Source: a virus (lineage: Duplodnaviria > Caudoviricetes). From it: a DNA stretch of 64,000 bases. The notes under the pieces were generated by a model. The model worked only from the letters and a program-made list of their open reading frames with translations, was not told the DNA's origin and searched no databases. Both the position numbers and the translations under genes were made by a program. Numbering within the stretch: position 1 is the stretch's first letter; each line of letters starts with the position of its first letter. The stretch covers positions 19,169 through 83,168 of the IMG/VR virus record IMGVR_UViG_2636415473_000002; one strand, 5' to 3'. Of this stretch, positions 28,686 through 40,712 are shown in pieces.

Positions 28686-29393
28686 ATGGATGTTACAACT
28701 ACATGCAGGAGCATATCAGAACTTTTGCCAGCAGCACAGCTAGCTTGTAGGTTATTATTCCAGGAATGCTATAAAGCTGGTCTAACAAATATTTTTATCA
28801 CGGAGACATACCGATCACAAGCACGCCAAGATTATCTTTATGAGCAGGGCAGATCAAGGGCTGGAGAGATTGTAACTTGGGCTCGCAGTAGCAACAACCA
28901 TAGCGGTCGACTTGCTTGGGACATTGCTGTTGCTCCACCAGCATCATTGTATGATACCAACACATTAAACAAGGTCGGAGCTATCGCGCGCAAATTGGGT
29001 ATTACATGGGGCGGTGATTGGGAAAAAAACATAGACCGTCCACACTTCGAAGTCAAGAAAACGTGGGTAATGCCAACTGGTTATAGCATCGAAGGCGAGA
29101 TTACGATACCTATTGACTCCAAAACAAAAGTTAATTTAATCAAAAAGGAGGAACCAAAAGTGGCGGAACGTGATATTAATAAGGTCAGCGATTGGGCAAA
29201 AATAGATTGGGAAGTAGCACAAGAAAATGGTTACTTTGACGGTGCAAGACCAGGAGCATCAATCACGAGGGAAGAGGCTGCTGTTGTGATTAATAGACTA
29301 CGAAGCAATTTCCTAAAGTTAATTGGTGAAAGTAAAGCTGATATAAAGGCTCTTGAAGCAAGGCTGCAGAAATTTGAAAAAGAAGAAAAGTAA
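28686..29393 (+). CDS. Endolysin: M15 (L-Ala-D-Glu peptidase-like) domain plus SLH-like domain
   Basis: ETYRSQARQ..LY.QGR, N.H.G.LAWD, WGGDW...DRPHFE; same C-terminal domain as 19936. Confidence 0.9.
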   Translation: MDVTTTCRSISELLPAAQLACRLLFQECYKAGLTNIFITETYRSQARQDYLYEQGRSRAGEIVTWARSSNNHSGRLAWDIAVAPPASLYDTNTLNKVGAIARKLGITWGGDWEKNIDRPHFEVKKTWVMPTGYSIEGEITIPIDSKTKVNLIKKEEPKVAERDINKVSDWAKIDWEVAQENGYFDGARPGASITREEAAVVINRLRSNFLKLIGESKADIKALEARLQKFEKEEK

Positions 29394-29470
29394 GGACAAA
29401 AAACACTCAATTTATGTTTATTCTTCTAGTTGAAAGGGAAAAATAATACTACTCCTGCATGTATAGTTGA

Positions 29471-29500
29471 AAAAGCCCTTCTCTTAATTGAGAGGGGCTT
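29471..29500. terminator. Bidirectional terminator (copy of 20765)
   Basis: AAAAGCCCTTCTCTTAATTGAGAGGGGCTT. Confidence 0.75.
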
Positions 29501-29861
29501 ATCCTGTTGAATCAATCTGCAAATAAATCCTCAACAATTCCTCGGTTCTATTCCTTAATCGTGGATTGAAGTAGGTGTGATGTTCTTCAACACCTTTGTA
29601 TATAAATGAGTACATTGTGAAATCGGCATCTCTTTTAATTTCTTCTAGTTCCATTTTTTCCTTACGCAAATAGTTCCCGGCAATTTTTAAATCCTTCCGT
29701 ACAGCCTTAATTGCATTCTCAACTATATCCACATAGGGTGATTTTATTTTAAAAGATCCTTGTTCAATCAAAACTTTATCTCGTTCCAGTATTTTAAGCA
29801 GCATTGGTAAATACAAAGCTGTTTCTATAATCTCTCTGTCATTATCAGGAATCCTAGTCAT
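29499..29861 (-). CDS. Conserved Bacillus prophage hypothetical protein
   Basis: ALYLPM.L..LERD...F K...PY pattern; coupled to the yolD-like gene. Confidence 0.7.
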   Translation of the reverse strand: MTRIPDNDREIIETALYLPMLLKILERDKVLIEQGSFKIKSPYVDIVENAIKAVRKDLKIAGNYLRKEKMELEEIKRDADFTMYSFIYKGVEEHHTYFNPRLRNRTEELLRIYLQIDSTG

Positions 29862-30114
29862 GGTTATACCTTTCTACAGCTATTATACAATCGAGTTCAA
29901 TCCTAATTTCCCCACTTAATAAATCTAATATTAAATACTTCATTTGCCTATCTACTTTGCTAACAATGCCTATATTATTGACTAGATTATCTGCCTTCCA
30001 GAAGGTAATACGAACTGGAAGTATGTAATTAAGGGAATCCATTACGACAATACCGATTTGCTTGAATACTTGCTCATCTAACACCGCATTCATTAAGAGT
30101 TCACTTCTTATCAA
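29854..30114 (-). CDS. yolD: YolD-like protein (shortened)
   Basis: LDEQ...I, VRITFW, G.V.KVD, I.LD.I..VE; upstream SOS boxes. Confidence 0.65.
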   Translation of the reverse strand: MIRSELLMNAVLDEQVFKQIGIVVMDSLNYILPVRITFWKADNLVNNIGIVSKVDRQMKYLILDLLSGEIRIELDCIIAVERYNHD

Positions 30115-30143
30115 ATAATCATCTCCTTTATTATTATTATATA

Positions 30144-30186
30144 CAAACGAATGTTCGAAAACAACTCGAAATCAAACAAACGTTCG
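30144..30186. promoter_or_regulatory. Two LexA (Cheo/SOS) boxes
   Basis: CAAAC-GAAT-GTTCG (30144-57) and CAAAC-AAAC-GTTCG (30173-86), each one mismatch from CGAAC-N4-GTTCG. Confidence 0.7.
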
Positions 30187-30218
30187 TATAAAGTGATGAT
30201 AATAAAGGAACTGGTAAA

Positions 30219-30443
30219 ATGTTGGGATTATTCATGTCGTCACTTGAGAAGCAAATACCTGTTGAAATTATGTATATGAATAACAAGGGAGCCATTACAG
30301 ATCGTCTAATTATCGTGAAGGGAATAGAGTATAATTTCATTCGTGCTTATTGTCTTAAGAAAAGGCAACCAAGAATATTTATAAAAGCCAACATTTTATC
30401 AACTGCTAAACCAAGGATAAGAAAAGGGGTAAACCATGCTTAG
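30219..30443 (+). CDS. Small WYL-like (SH3-fold) protein
   Basis: VEIMY....G.IT.R.I....AYC....QPR.F...NIL. Confidence 0.65.
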   Translation: MLGLFMSSLEKQIPVEIMYMNNKGAITDRLIIVKGIEYNFIRAYCLKKRQPRIFIKANILSTAKPRIRKGVNHA

Positions 30444-30571
30444 TGATCTATTTTTGTTTCAATATTACGCTCATATAGAATGTAAGTGTTTTTCCTCACA
30501 TTATCTTTTTTATACTCCAATAACCATTCTCGGAGATATAGCTTTAACATTATTTTACTATCATCCAGTTC

Positions 30572-31707
30572 TATATAAATTCATTTAGATTTTCCGACAT
30601 GTATAACTCCTATTCAATCTTGTCATAATGTCCTTAAAAAGAGCAGTTAAGGAGTAGAAAAGATGGGAAAAGGACTTCAAATTAAGAACACACATGGCTG
30701 GACGGTGGAATGCCTCCAAGCTCACGAAAAAACGATTCAGAAAGCATCCATGGCGAGACGAGTAGCGACCATTCGACTTCTCATGCAAGGGGATTATGCC
30801 ATTCAAGTAGCTGAACTTCTTCATCTGCATCGTGAAACCATTTCTGAATACGTGAAAAAATTTAACACAGGTGGAATGGAAGGTTTACTTCACCGTGAAT
30901 ATGCACCAGGCAGACGTACCTATTTGTCACCAGAAGAAGAACAGGAAGTCCGCCAAACCTGGAATTCAGTACACTTTCTGAAGAAGGATACGGCTGTGAA
31001 TCATGCTGGGATACTCGCATTTTAAAAGAAGTCCTTGAAGACCGTTTTTCCGTCACCATGACCAGAGGTGGAATTGGCCTACGCATACATTGAAACGTGC
31101 AGATCAGAACAAGCAAGAAACCTTTAAACGGCAACTAGACCTGATAAAAAAAACGCTATAGACGAGTTCGTCTTTTTATACGAAGATGAAAGTCATATTC
31201 GTGATTACCAAGCACTTCGGGCGACACGGAGTATAAAAGGAAGACAAAACAAATCCTTACCTATGGCCATCGTGCCACCGTGAGTTTATTTGGCTGTGTT
31301 CATATCCAAAACGGAGAATTTTTGTGTATGGAAACGGACCGTTGTGATGCCCAAGCATTTCTTGAATTTCTTCGCTATGTTCTTTCCCGATATGGACATC
31401 AACATATTGGGATGATTTTCGATAATGCCCGTATTCATCATGCCAAACTGCTTCAGCCATTTTTGAAAGAAAACGAAGATCGTCTGACCTTGTTGTTCTT
31501 GCCCCCCGATTCTCCGAATTTACATGCAGTGGAACGAGTTTGGGGCTGGCTGAAAAAAAGTGTGATCGCTAATCGATTTCATGTGACTCGCGAAGATATA
31601 CGAAAATCAATTCTCTCATTTTTGGGGTATCTCCATGAATGCCTGGAAAAAGTACTCCGTCTGATTGGATCGATGGCCATGTCGGAAGTTCAAAATGGAC
31701 TTATATA
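30572..31707 (+). mobile_element. IS630-family insertion sequence (degenerate)
   Basis: 30-bp terminal IRs (25/30 match, 30572-601 and 31678-707) with TA ends; A8 slip run at 31146. Confidence 0.88.
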
Positions 31708-31714
31708 TATATGA
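30663..31714 (+). pseudogene. IS630 transposase, several frameshifts
   Basis: HTH part, then YEDES, FDNARIH, SPNL..VERVW in different frames. Confidence 0.88.
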
Positions 31715-32094
31715 GAATGGGAATAGGAATAGCGAATACTGCTATTTAATTGATAAAAATATGAAGTTGGGAGTTTATGAGTATGTTGGATTAGAGAAAG
31801 AGGAGGTATTAGATGATGGTAAATTAACAAGGAGAATGTATAAGTTGTTTTACAGGAGGAGAAAGAGTCGATGGGCTGTATCTATATAATATTGAGGGGG
31901 AAGTGTACATAATATACCTTATCATGATAAGTGGCGGGCTGCGGCTGCCTTTTTCTGCTTGAGCTAGTCCTATATAAAGCCTATTAGCGATAATTTACAA
32001 TCTTTATTTAAAGCTGCAAAGAAAATGCTTCTTTTTGAAAATTTAATGTTAATATAATTATTAGTAAATCAGCATGAGAATAACAAAATAGGGG

Positions 32095-33840
32095 ATGGCA
32101 TTAATGAAACAGGGGAAATTTACAGTAGCAAAGAAATTATACATCGGTTTTATATCGGTGTTACTCATTATGGGTATTTTAGGATGGGTTTCGATTTCTA
32201 ATATGCTCAGCATGAATGATAAAACAAAAGAAATTGCAAATAATTGGTTGCCGGGAACAGCAACAATCAATAACATCAACTATCTTACTGAACATATAAC
32301 GGCTTTGGAGTATGAATATTTATTAAAACCAAATTCACTTGAGCTTAAAAAATTAGAAGAAGAGATGAATAATACTTTTTCAGAGATTGATACTTCATTT
32401 GATTATTATGAAAAAACTATCACCTTAGAAGAGGACAGAAAGAATTTCGATGCTTTAAAAGAAAAATGGAGAAATTATCAAGTTATACATAGTGAATTTA
32501 TGGAATTAGGTACTAGTGTTAATATCATAAATGGAGCAGATAATAATAATGTGACAAAATTAAATTCCATACTGAATGAAGGTAGCATCCTATTTTCTGA
32601 TATGCAAATTTACTTAGAAAATCTATTGGAGTTGAACAAAAATCAAGCTTTACAAAGTAGAGATGATAGTAGTGAACTTTTTACTACTTCCTTTAAACTG
32701 ACCTTAATTTATTTGGCAGTAGGAGTAATCTTAGGTTTAACGATAGCCTTCGTTGTATCACGTATGATATCAAGACCACTTGAAATGATAACTAAAAATG
32801 CAAAAGAAATCGCAAATGGTAATCTAGCAATTGAAGAGATTAAGATAAAAAATAGAGATGAAATTGGTCAAGTGGCCTCATCATTTAACCAAATGGCTGA
32901 AAATTTAAGAGCTATTATCCACGAGATTAATCTCACATCCGAGCAAGTTGCTTCTTCTTCAGAAGAATTAATGGCTAGTACGGAAGAAACCACTTCTGCC
33001 ACAAAACAAGTGGTCACATCAATTCAAGAAGTAGCCAGTAGTGTTGAGGTTCAAGGGGAAAATACAGAAGAAAGTGCTCGATCAATTGGTGAAATATCAA
33101 TAGGCGTACAAAGTATTGCGGAATCTACATCTGTGATAGCAGAATCTACAATGGAAACAACAACACAAGCCAATACAGGAAATGTTAATATTCAAAAAGT
33201 AGTTGGACAAATGAAGTTAATTTATGGGGCAAGTAGGGATACTATTACGGTTATGGAAGCACTAGAAAGTAGATCAAAAGGAATCGGACAAATTATCGAA
33301 GTCATTACAGGTATTGCGGAACAAACTAACCTTTTAGCTCTCAATGCAGCAATTGAGTCCGCTAGAGCAGGTGAACATGGGAAAGGATTTGCTGTTGTAG
33401 CTGAAGAGGTTAGAAAATTAGCAGAATCCTCTAAAGTATCGGCAAATCAGATAGCAGAAATCATCAAACTAATTCAAATGGACACTATGAAAGCTGTTGA
33501 AATGACAAACACCGGAAATAAGGAAGTACAAAATGGTTTAAATTTGGCAGAAGAAACAGGGAAAACATTTAATCAAATATTAAAATCAATAGAAGGTGTC
33601 AGTGCTCAAGCACAGGAGCTGTCTGCAATATCTGAAGAAATGTCCGCAAGTGTAGAACAAGTAAATGCATCTATAGAAGAAGTTGCTCAATTAGCCAAAG
33701 TGTCTTCAGGTAATGCGACAGAAATTGCTGCAGCATCTGAGGAACAATTAGCTACTCTTGAGGAGGTAACTTCTTCTGCTTCATCATTAGCTGATTTGGC
33801 AGAGAAATTAAGGGAATTGGTTAGGAAATTTAAATTATAA
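32095..33840 (+). CDS. Methyl-accepting chemotaxis protein (4HB sensor, HAMP)
   Basis: Two TM helices, [42 protein letters not shown]. Confidence 0.96.
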   Translation: MALMKQGKFTVAKKLYIGFISVLLIMGILGWVSISNMLSMNDKTKEIANNWLPGTATINNINYLTEHITALEYEYLLKPNSLELKKLEEEMNNTFSEIDTSFDYYEKTITLEEDRKNFDALKEKWRNYQVIHSEFMELGTSVNIINGADNNNVTKLNSILNEGSILFSDMQIYLENLLELNKNQALQSRDDSSELFTTSFKLTLIYLAVGVILGLTIAFVVSRMISRPLEMITKNAKEIANGNLAIEEIKIKNRDEIGQVASSFNQMAENLRAIIHEINLTSEQVASSSEELMASTEETTSATKQVVTSIQEVASSVEVQGENTEESARSIGEISIGVQSIAESTSVIAESTMETTTQANTGNVNIQKVVGQMKLIYGASRDTITVMEALESRSKGIGQIIEVITGIAEQTNLLALNAAIESARAGEHGKGFAVVAEEVRKLAESSKVSANQIAEIIKLIQMDTMKAVEMTNTGNKEVQNGLNLAEETGKTFNQILKSIEGVSAQAQELSAISEEMSASVEQVNASIEEVAQLAKVSSGNATEIAAASEEQLATLEEVTSSASSLADLAEKLRELVRKFKL

Positions 33841-35033
33841 AAGAATAACCCTGTAATAACGAAAACAGAGTTATGAAAGTTGTATCGAAGGGACGAAAAA
33901 GTCGTATCGTAAATAGGTGGAATTAGAAAGAAAATCCTTATAATATAGGGGTTTTCTTTTATTTTAGTCAACTTCAATCGACGGAGCCTTGGGAGAGTAT
34001 GGCTAGAGGTTGTTTTTAATGGAATATGGTCAAATTTGGACGATGTGAGGGTAAGATATTGATTGATTATCAAAACTTTTACGATACGATTTCGATAGGA
34101 TTTGAGGTGAAAATCATAATAAATGGAAAACATTAGGGTGGAAATACATATCGAGTCAATTCTTGGTGATGCGGTGTGAATAGAAGTGTTGCACTACGTA
34201 TACAAACAAACATTCTTGTTTTGGGTGTAAAATAGCCCCCCAGTTCCATAAGTAATATCCATTACATACGGTATTCGTTTACTCACCTTAAATCCCCGCC
34301 TACAAAACGCAGCATAAACTGGTGCCAGTACAATTTTGAAATTTTTACCATATTTCAGATCATAAAATGTACTGACTATTTCTTAATTTTGGTCAAAAGT
34401 GGGGTAACAAGTAGTTCGAATATGAAGTGTACTATTCAACTAATGCACTGCTATATCTACCGTACTTACCACTATACCTATCACACTAAACGTTCTGTAC
34501 TAATCTGTAACATACTCAAATTACCCATCCTGTATCATCAATAGTGATACACTTATGCACATCTTATCCACCGACTGTGCGTAAATAAATATAATAACAA
34601 ATATTACTATCTATGACAATATATATTTTTAACTTTTTCTTAACAAATAAACTAATATAAAACAAAGATAAATTTATATTAGTTTATTTGTTTGATGTGA
34701 ACAAGACTAACTAGTGTATAACTTGTAATGGCACTGGTGAAGTAGATACAGATAATTAATAGGAAAGGAGAATATAACTTTATGACTAAATCAAACTTCT
34801 TTTTCTGTTACAACAAACGGGTATCTGACTTTATGACTCTAAAGGAATAACATATGTCACTGTAGCTATGGACGTAAAGTCACAAAAGATATTCAGCTTA
34901 TTCCAGGTCACTCCAGAATTCAAACAGGCTATGAACGAATATAAACAACTTAATCAATCTAACTAATTATCCTTTACATAAATCCAATATATAAATCAGG
35001 AGGAATAAACATATTGAAACGAGTATCACAAAA

Positions 35034-35288
35034 ATGGAACTAATAGAGTATTTAGAAAGTATAGTTGGAGAAGTAATACTTACAGCAGTGGACAGAAAAG
35101 AATTGATTGCTAAAATTAACGTTAAACAGAATGGCAAAATGTTAAAAAATTTAGACATACTGAATTCTGCATTAAGAGAACAAGGTTTAGATTATTACAT
35201 AAAGCAATTTGAAACGAGTAGAATCGAAAGTGGTAAAAAGAAGAAGTACAAATCAATATGGAAGGTTATGGAAATTATAGACTTGTAA
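35034..35288 (+). pseudogene. C-terminal fragment of a phage protein
   Basis: Short ORF followed by a TTACCCCC...GGGGGTAA inverted repeat; upstream ORF at 34782 is frameshifted. Confidence 0.35.
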
Positions 35289-35734
35289 TTCGTTACCCCC
35301 CTATTTAGGTGTAAGCTATATATAGAGCATCACATCCAATTAAGGGGGTAAAATTACAGACTAACCAAACATTAACCTTTCAACCTAACACGTTGAGAGG
35401 TTTTTTACCATAATATTCACTTATCACCACAATAGAGATAAGGCCATACACAACGAAAATTAGAAAGGCACTAATTGTTCTTATATGTTGAGAACGCAAA
35501 GTTCTTTGCTTATCTCGAATATTAATATTTAATTATTCAGAATTATTATTATATCATCGTTAACTACTATTGAAATTTGGGGAAATTTAACGATATATGT
35601 TAAGAGGGAGGATTATTCTATTACATATTTACAACTTGCAAAAAAGGAGGAATGGAAATTAAAACTAAAATGAGTGTTTTTTCCATTGGTTAACATCTTA
35701 AGTTTTTCCATACGAATAATAGGGGGATAATACG

Positions 35735-37849
35735 TTGAATTTATTTACGCGGATAATAATAACAGTACTTAGCACAAGTATACTTATCTTTGTTTCAATT
35801 ATAGGGGTTACTCTTTATAAAACAAATAATTTAGCAGTTAAGAATGCCAATCAAATTACTATTGCAGAAAGTGAAAAGGATGCAAAATATATCGAATCGG
35901 AACTTAATTATTATATGGACACTGTCAGAGTATTGGCAACAACATTAGGTTCGATGGTGGAAGGAAATAGGGCGGAAAGAGATCTTGCGAATGCCATTTT
36001 GAATAAGACTCTTAAGGAGAACGAACGATTTTTAGCTATTTGGACAGGTTGGGAACCGAATGCCTTTGATGGGAATGACGCAGAATTCGTTAACTCGATA
36101 GGCCATGATGGAACGGGAAGGTTTGTTCCATATTGGAGTCGGAAAGATGGGGAAATTAGTGTAAAGGCCTTAGAAGGTTATGACAAACCAGAAGTAGGAG
36201 GCTTCTATTTGCGCGCTAAAGACAGTGGGAAGGAAGTGATTTTAGATCCTTATTCATATGAAGTAAATGGCGAGAAAGTGTTGATGACATCTATTACTGC
36301 TCCTATTAAAATTGGTGATGATATAGTGGGAGTAGTTGGAATTGATATTAGTCTAGATTCTATGCGGAAAATGAATGATACCTTAATTCTTTACGATAGT
36401 GGCTTCGGTGCAATTCTATCCAATAACGGAACTTTGGTGGCTCATAAATCAAACAAATTAGTTGGGAAAAGCTATTATGAGCTTGAAGGTATAAAGTCAG
36501 TGAATGAGATTAAATCTACAGTTGAATCAGGAAAATCGTTATCAATTAGTGACTTTGACCCTGTAGATAACGGAGATGTTTATAAGACGTTTTCACCCAT
36601 TAAAATAGGCTCAACAAATACACCATGGTCACTAATGATAGCGATTCCAATAAATGAAGTAAAGAAGGAATCCAGAGATTTACTAAATTTGTCCATCATT
36701 ATTGGTGTAATTGGAATCATAATACTTGCCTTAGTTATATTTGAGATTGTAAGAAGACTTATCAAACCGATCTTAAAAGTAGTCGAACAAATGAAAGAAA
36801 TTGCAAGCGGTAATTTAACAGTTGAAGCATTAGAGATTAAATCAAAAGATGAATTAGGGCAATTAGCACACGCGATGAATGAGATGACTTCAAATACCAG
36901 AGTCTTGATTCAAGATGCAGCGGGTATTTCAGATCAAGTGGCTGCTTACAGTGAAGAATTAATGACATCCACAAATGAAATAAAAGTTGGAATTGAACAG
37001 GTATCTTCAACGATGGAGGAAATGGCGGCAGGATCTTCTGATCAAGCACATCATGCCGGTGAAACTATGGAGGAGATTCAACAAGTGGATTATGAAGTTA
37101 AACAAATTATTCAATACACGAATGAAATGACGGATCGTTCGCTAGTAACGAAGGAATCTTCTCAAAAAGGGATACAAAGTGCAGAACAATCGATGCAGGA
37201 AATGGAGATTATTGAAGACAAGGTTTCCTCAGCAGCAAACATTGTTAAAGAATTAGGAGTTAAGTCTGTAGCAATTAATGAAATTCTTAATGTTATCCAT
37301 GACATTGCTTCCCAAACGAATTTATTAGCACTAAATGCAGCCATTGAAGCTGCGAGAGCTGGTGAAAATGGCAAGGGGTTTGCGGTAGTAGCTGATGAAG
37401 TTAGAAAACTGGCTGAACAGTCTGCCGAATCGACAAGCCAAATTTCAAGCATCATCGAAAGTATACAAAAGGAAACCCAAAAAGCTGAACAAGCTATGGT
37501 CGAAGTAGTACAGGAAGTGAAGTCTGGTTCCGAAGTGATTGATAATAGTCGTAAGGCGTTTGATGAAATCGCTAATAATATTACGAAAATGGTCGATCAA
37601 ATCAACAGCGTGACTGGTGCATCAAGACTCATTGAAGAAGAAACAAAAAAAGCGGTAAAAGCTGTGGAGAATATAGTATCAATTACCCAAGAGACCTCTG
37701 CTGGTACAGAAGAATTATCTGCTACCATGGAACAACAAAATGCATCTATGCAAGAAGTGGATGGTATGGCAAACAGTCTTGCTATAATGGCAGAAGCCTT
37801 AGGGAAATCGTTATCAAAGTTCACCTATGATAATAAAGGAACATCTTAA
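35735..37849 (+). CDS. Methyl-accepting chemotaxis protein (dCache sensor, HAMP)
   Basis: [49 protein letters not shown]. Confidence 0.96.
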   Translation: MNLFTRIIITVLSTSILIFVSIIGVTLYKTNNLAVKNANQITIAESEKDAKYIESELNYYMDTVRVLATTLGSMVEGNRAERDLANAILNKTLKENERFLAIWTGWEPNAFDGNDAEFVNSIGHDGTGRFVPYWSRKDGEISVKALEGYDKPEVGGFYLRAKDSGKEVILDPYSYEVNGEKVLMTSITAPIKIGDDIVGVVGIDISLDSMRKMNDTLILYDSGFGAILSNNGTLVAHKSNKLVGKSYYELEGIKSVNEIKSTVESGKSLSISDFDPVDNGDVYKTFSPIKIGSTNTPWSLMIAIPINEVKKESRDLLNLSIIIGVIGIIILALVIFEIVRRLIKPILKVVEQMKEIASGNLTVEALEIKSKDELGQLAHAMNEMTSNTRVLIQDAAGISDQVAAYSEELMTSTNEIKVGIEQVSSTMEEMAAGSSDQAHHAGETMEEIQQVDYEVKQIIQYTNEMTDRSLVTKESSQKGIQSAEQSMQEMEIIEDKVSSAANIVKELGVKSVAINEILNVIHDIASQTNLLALNAAIEAARAGENGKGFAVVADEVRKLAEQSAESTSQISSIIESIQKETQKAEQAMVEVVQEVKSGSEVIDNSRKAFDEIANNITKMVDQINSVTGASRLIEEETKKAVKAVENIVSITQETSAGTEELSATMEQQNASMQEVDGMANSLAIMAEALGKSLSKFTYDNKGTS

Positions 37850-38062
37850 TTAAATGATCAAATAGAGAGGAAGGTCAGGAGTTTGCGTCTTTTCTCTCTT
37901 TATTGTGCAATAAAACTATGATTTCAAATGAATATTATAGATAAATTTATAAGTTTTATTTGTGTTATTGGTTTAATTGGCATATAATGGTTTTAAGAAA
38001 TAAGGAAGCGGAAAATGTGTTATTAAAGATTAAATTACATAAAATGAACGGATGTTTTAAAA

Positions 38063-38338
38063 ATGACAAATCAAACAGCAACTATCTACTGTCCGGAAAT
38101 GGGAGACACTAAACCACAAGCACAAATTGAAGCTAAGTTTTCAGCAATTATGGGGAAGTTCAGAATATCTACGCCATTGGAACTTAAGGGAAGAGGAATC
38201 AAGTATCACGACACTTACACGGAACACAATTGCAATTCACCTAAATTGTATGGACATAACATCTATTATGTAACAATGGCAGCTTATAAGAAATTAGAGC
38301 AAGAATATACAAGCGCACAAGAAGTATTGTTAGATTAA
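38063..38338 (+). CDS. Hypothetical phage protein
   Basis: 91-aa ORF after a promoter-like AT region. Confidence 0.6.
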   Translation: MTNQTATIYCPEMGDTKPQAQIEAKFSAIMGKFRISTPLELKGRGIKYHDTYTEHNCNSPKLYGHNIYYVTMAAYKKLEQEYTSAQEVLLD

Positions 38339-38362
38339 TGGCACAAAGAGAGGAGAATTACT

Positions 38363-38533
38363 ATGGATAAAGAATCAGTTGGATCAGCATTTTTCGGTGC
38401 GTGTTATCAATTAGGTACTGAACTGCTCTACAAAGAAGATAAAACACCTGCTGAGAGTCAATTTTTAAAACGTCTCGATATGATAATGAACTATAAAGAT
38501 AGTGTCAGAGATGAAGCAGAGTGCGCTCAATAA
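38363..38533 (+). CDS. 56-aa hypothetical protein (paralog at 63833)
   Basis: AGGAG RBS; MDKESVGSAFFGACYQLGTELLYKE..AESQFLK. Confidence 0.7.
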   Translation: MDKESVGSAFFGACYQLGTELLYKEDKTPAESQFLKRLDMIMNYKDSVRDEAECAQ

Positions 38534-38613
38534 ATTCGCTCTTTTAAATTAATTTGAATATCTCCTTTTCTCCCGACATATCAATAAAAAGTACGAAAAA
38601 AGGAGGGGGCTAA

Positions 38614-38856
38614 TTGAAAAAAATTGTGATTGAAGAACATACAGAATACGCTAAAGTTTACCTAATCGATTTTAATGAAGAGGAACCTATTCGACCTACA
38701 CAAAAATTAATGTATCAGGAATTAATAACTAAAATTAATGAACTCATTCAAAAATATAACTTGGAGCCTAATCATAAAATTATCAATGAGCACTATGATG
38801 AAAAACGATACCTAGTTGAACGAATAGAACAAACGGTGGAAGAATATTACTCATAG
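38614..38856 (+). CDS. Hypothetical protein
   Basis: AAGGAGG RBS; terminator follows. Confidence 0.6.
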   Translation: MKKIVIEEHTEYAKVYLIDFNEEEPIRPTQKLMYQELITKINELIQKYNLEPNHKIINEHYDEKRYLVERIEQTVEEYYS

Positions 38857-38996
38857 TGTAGCTCACTGTTCAGTGGGCTTTTCTTATAACTGGCTTCCAA
38901 TTAATCCTACAATCTAGTAAAATATATCCAACACAGTAAACTCACATAGAAAAGGATTGGTACATTCTGACACCGTTACAAGGTTACATAATTCTC

Positions 38997-39338
38997 TTGG
39001 CAGTATTCATTTTAGGTATCGTATTTGATAAAGTAATTAGAAAAATTTTCAATATCAAAAAAGAAAAGGGAAGATCCTACACACATGCGAATAAAATTCA
39101 CAAAAGGGGAGAGTGGATAATTGTAATATTATTTATAATCGTTTTGTTCTATCGATTATCAGTAGCTTCTATTGAACTAGTTCCTGCTCTATTTACTTAT
39201 TTCTTTATTCTGTTTGCCTTCAGAGCATTCATGGAGTGGAAGTACCAACGTGAAACTAGAAAACACATATTGTCTGTTTCAAGTTTAATACTCCTTGTGA
39301 TAAGTGGTTTTTGTTTATATGCGTTCAATATAATTTAA
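38997..39338 (+). CDS. DUF4181-like membrane protein (possibly 5'-truncated)
   Basis: N..HK.GE, FRAFMEWKY..E.R motifs. Confidence 0.7.
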   Translation: MAVFILGIVFDKVIRKIFNIKKEKGRSYTHANKIHKRGEWIIVILFIIVLFYRLSVASIELVPALFTYFFILFAFRAFMEWKYQRETRKHILSVSSLILLVISGFCLYAFNII

Positions 39339-39413
39339 TTTAAAACAAGCCCATCGTTTAATGGGCTATTTTTGATTATATAAATAAAATGCCTCTTCAA
39401 AATAAGTTTTCTG

Positions 39414-39438
39414 GTTTGGTTAAGCGTATAAAGGGTAT
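39414..39438 (+). promoter_or_regulatory. SigB-type promoter
   Basis: GTTTGG-N13-GGGTAT upstream of the yflT-like gene. Confidence 0.7.
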
Positions 39439-39473
39439 TTGCATACAAACAGCTCAACAGAGGAGGAATAGAA

Positions 39474-39956
39474 ATGAATAAAAGAGTATATGGGATTTTT
39501 GATTCGAGTGTAGAAGTGATATCAGCGATCAATGAATTGAAGACAATTGGGTATGATGGAAACGAAATTCTACTTGTAACAGACAAAAAAGATAAATGGA
39601 AATTTTCCTCAGATGTAAATGTCGTGATGGATGAGCCACATGATGAATCATTCATGGAGAAAGTAAAGAATTTCTTTACAGGTGAAAGTGATTCACTGAC
39701 AGAGGGACTTATCGGTATGGGGCTAACTCGGCATAATGCTGCAGCATATTCAGATGATGTAAAAGACGGGAAAACACTAGTGCTTATTGATGAAAACAGT
39801 AACATTAGTAGTGGGATAAATCATCCAATTTCAACCGAACGTAAAAATGGCCCATCAGGTGAAATTATAACAGAGCCCAGTAAGTTGAAAGACCCAGAAT
39901 TTCATGGAACGGTGCGTCTTGGTGACATCAGGGGTGATGAGTATAATCGGAGATAA
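39474..39956 (+). CDS. yflT: General stress protein 17M (YflT family)
   Basis: VYGIFD...AINELK..GY....I; SFMEKVKNFF; Y.DDV..GK.LV. Confidence 0.8.
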   Translation: MNKRVYGIFDSSVEVISAINELKTIGYDGNEILLVTDKKDKWKFSSDVNVVMDEPHDESFMEKVKNFFTGESDSLTEGLIGMGLTRHNAAAYSDDVKDGKTLVLIDENSNISSGINHPISTERKNGPSGEIITEPSKLKDPEFHGTVRLGDIRGDEYNRR

Positions 39957-40120
39957 ACGAAAAGAGGATTAAAATGAGAGGGAGGAAAGAGGTTAGCGTC
40001 TCTTCCTTTCTTTTTTTGCTCACATTAAAATGACCTTTTAAAAGTAAATTTACACGAATTAGACATATGAATAATCATCGCAGCATATAATTAACTATAA
40101 CCACTTAGGAGGTATGGCAT

Positions 40121-40276
40121 ATGCAAAAACTTATACGAATATTAAAACTTCACGAAGTGGAACCGCACGAATTAGCTGAAATGGTTTACTTTTACTTGTA
40201 TCACCATGGAGAAGATACAGACAAAGAATTAATGGATGAGTTATTTGCAGCGTATTTGACAAAAGAGGAAGCCTAG
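40121..40276 (+). CDS. 51-aa hypothetical protein
   Basis: AGGAGGT RBS; terminator overlaps stop. Confidence 0.6.
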   Translation: MQKLIRILKLHEVEPHELAEMVYFYLYHHGEDTDKELMDELFAAYLTKEEA

Positions 40277-40422
40277 AAATTAGGTTTTCTCTTAAATTAA
40301 AAACTTAGATAATTTGGAAACTATTACTTTATAAAGATGAATTTACACGATATTATATATTTGATAGTTAGGAGGCAGAAATAAATAAACAGTCCAATGA
40401 GGATGCAAAGGGGATATGGGAA

Positions 40423-40575
40423 ATGAAACTTAAAAATAAGCAAACTGGGAAGTATCTAACAGTATTATCTAATGGGATCATTACTTGGACTTCAGCAGGA
40501 TCAGTCTTTACCACAGAGGAATTAAATGAATATAGAAATTACTTTTCCAAATCTAATTTATTGGTAGCTGAATAA
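40423..40575 (+). CDS. 50-aa hypothetical protein
   Basis: MKLKNKQTGKYL...; GGGG RBS. Confidence 0.5.
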   Translation: MKLKNKQTGKYLTVLSNGIITWTSAGSVFTTEELNEYRNYFSKSNLLVAE

Positions 40576-40712
40576 CTGAAGAGTTTAAAATAAGTATTTC
40601 ATTCGAAGGAGGTTGGATTCTATGAAAATAAAATACATTTGGAAATGAAGCACTAGAAACCTTTTAAGAAGAAGCTAAAATTCTAATTTTATATAGAAAG
40701 GGGAAATGAGAT

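Larger units (their letters stand above)
22923..30500. mobile_element. Prophage remnant 2 (decayed, same glnA site)
   Basis: Integrase stub, ArpU, lysis cassette and yolD-like gene; head and tail genes absent. Confidence 0.8.

Noticed and set aside
33687-34133. 148-aa minus-strand ORF
   Set aside because: Overlaps the MCP 3' end antisense; composition is non-coding-like
35570-35596. SigD promoter for the second MCP (TGAA-N14-AACGATAT)
   Set aside because: Several mismatches in AT-rich DNA; not supportable
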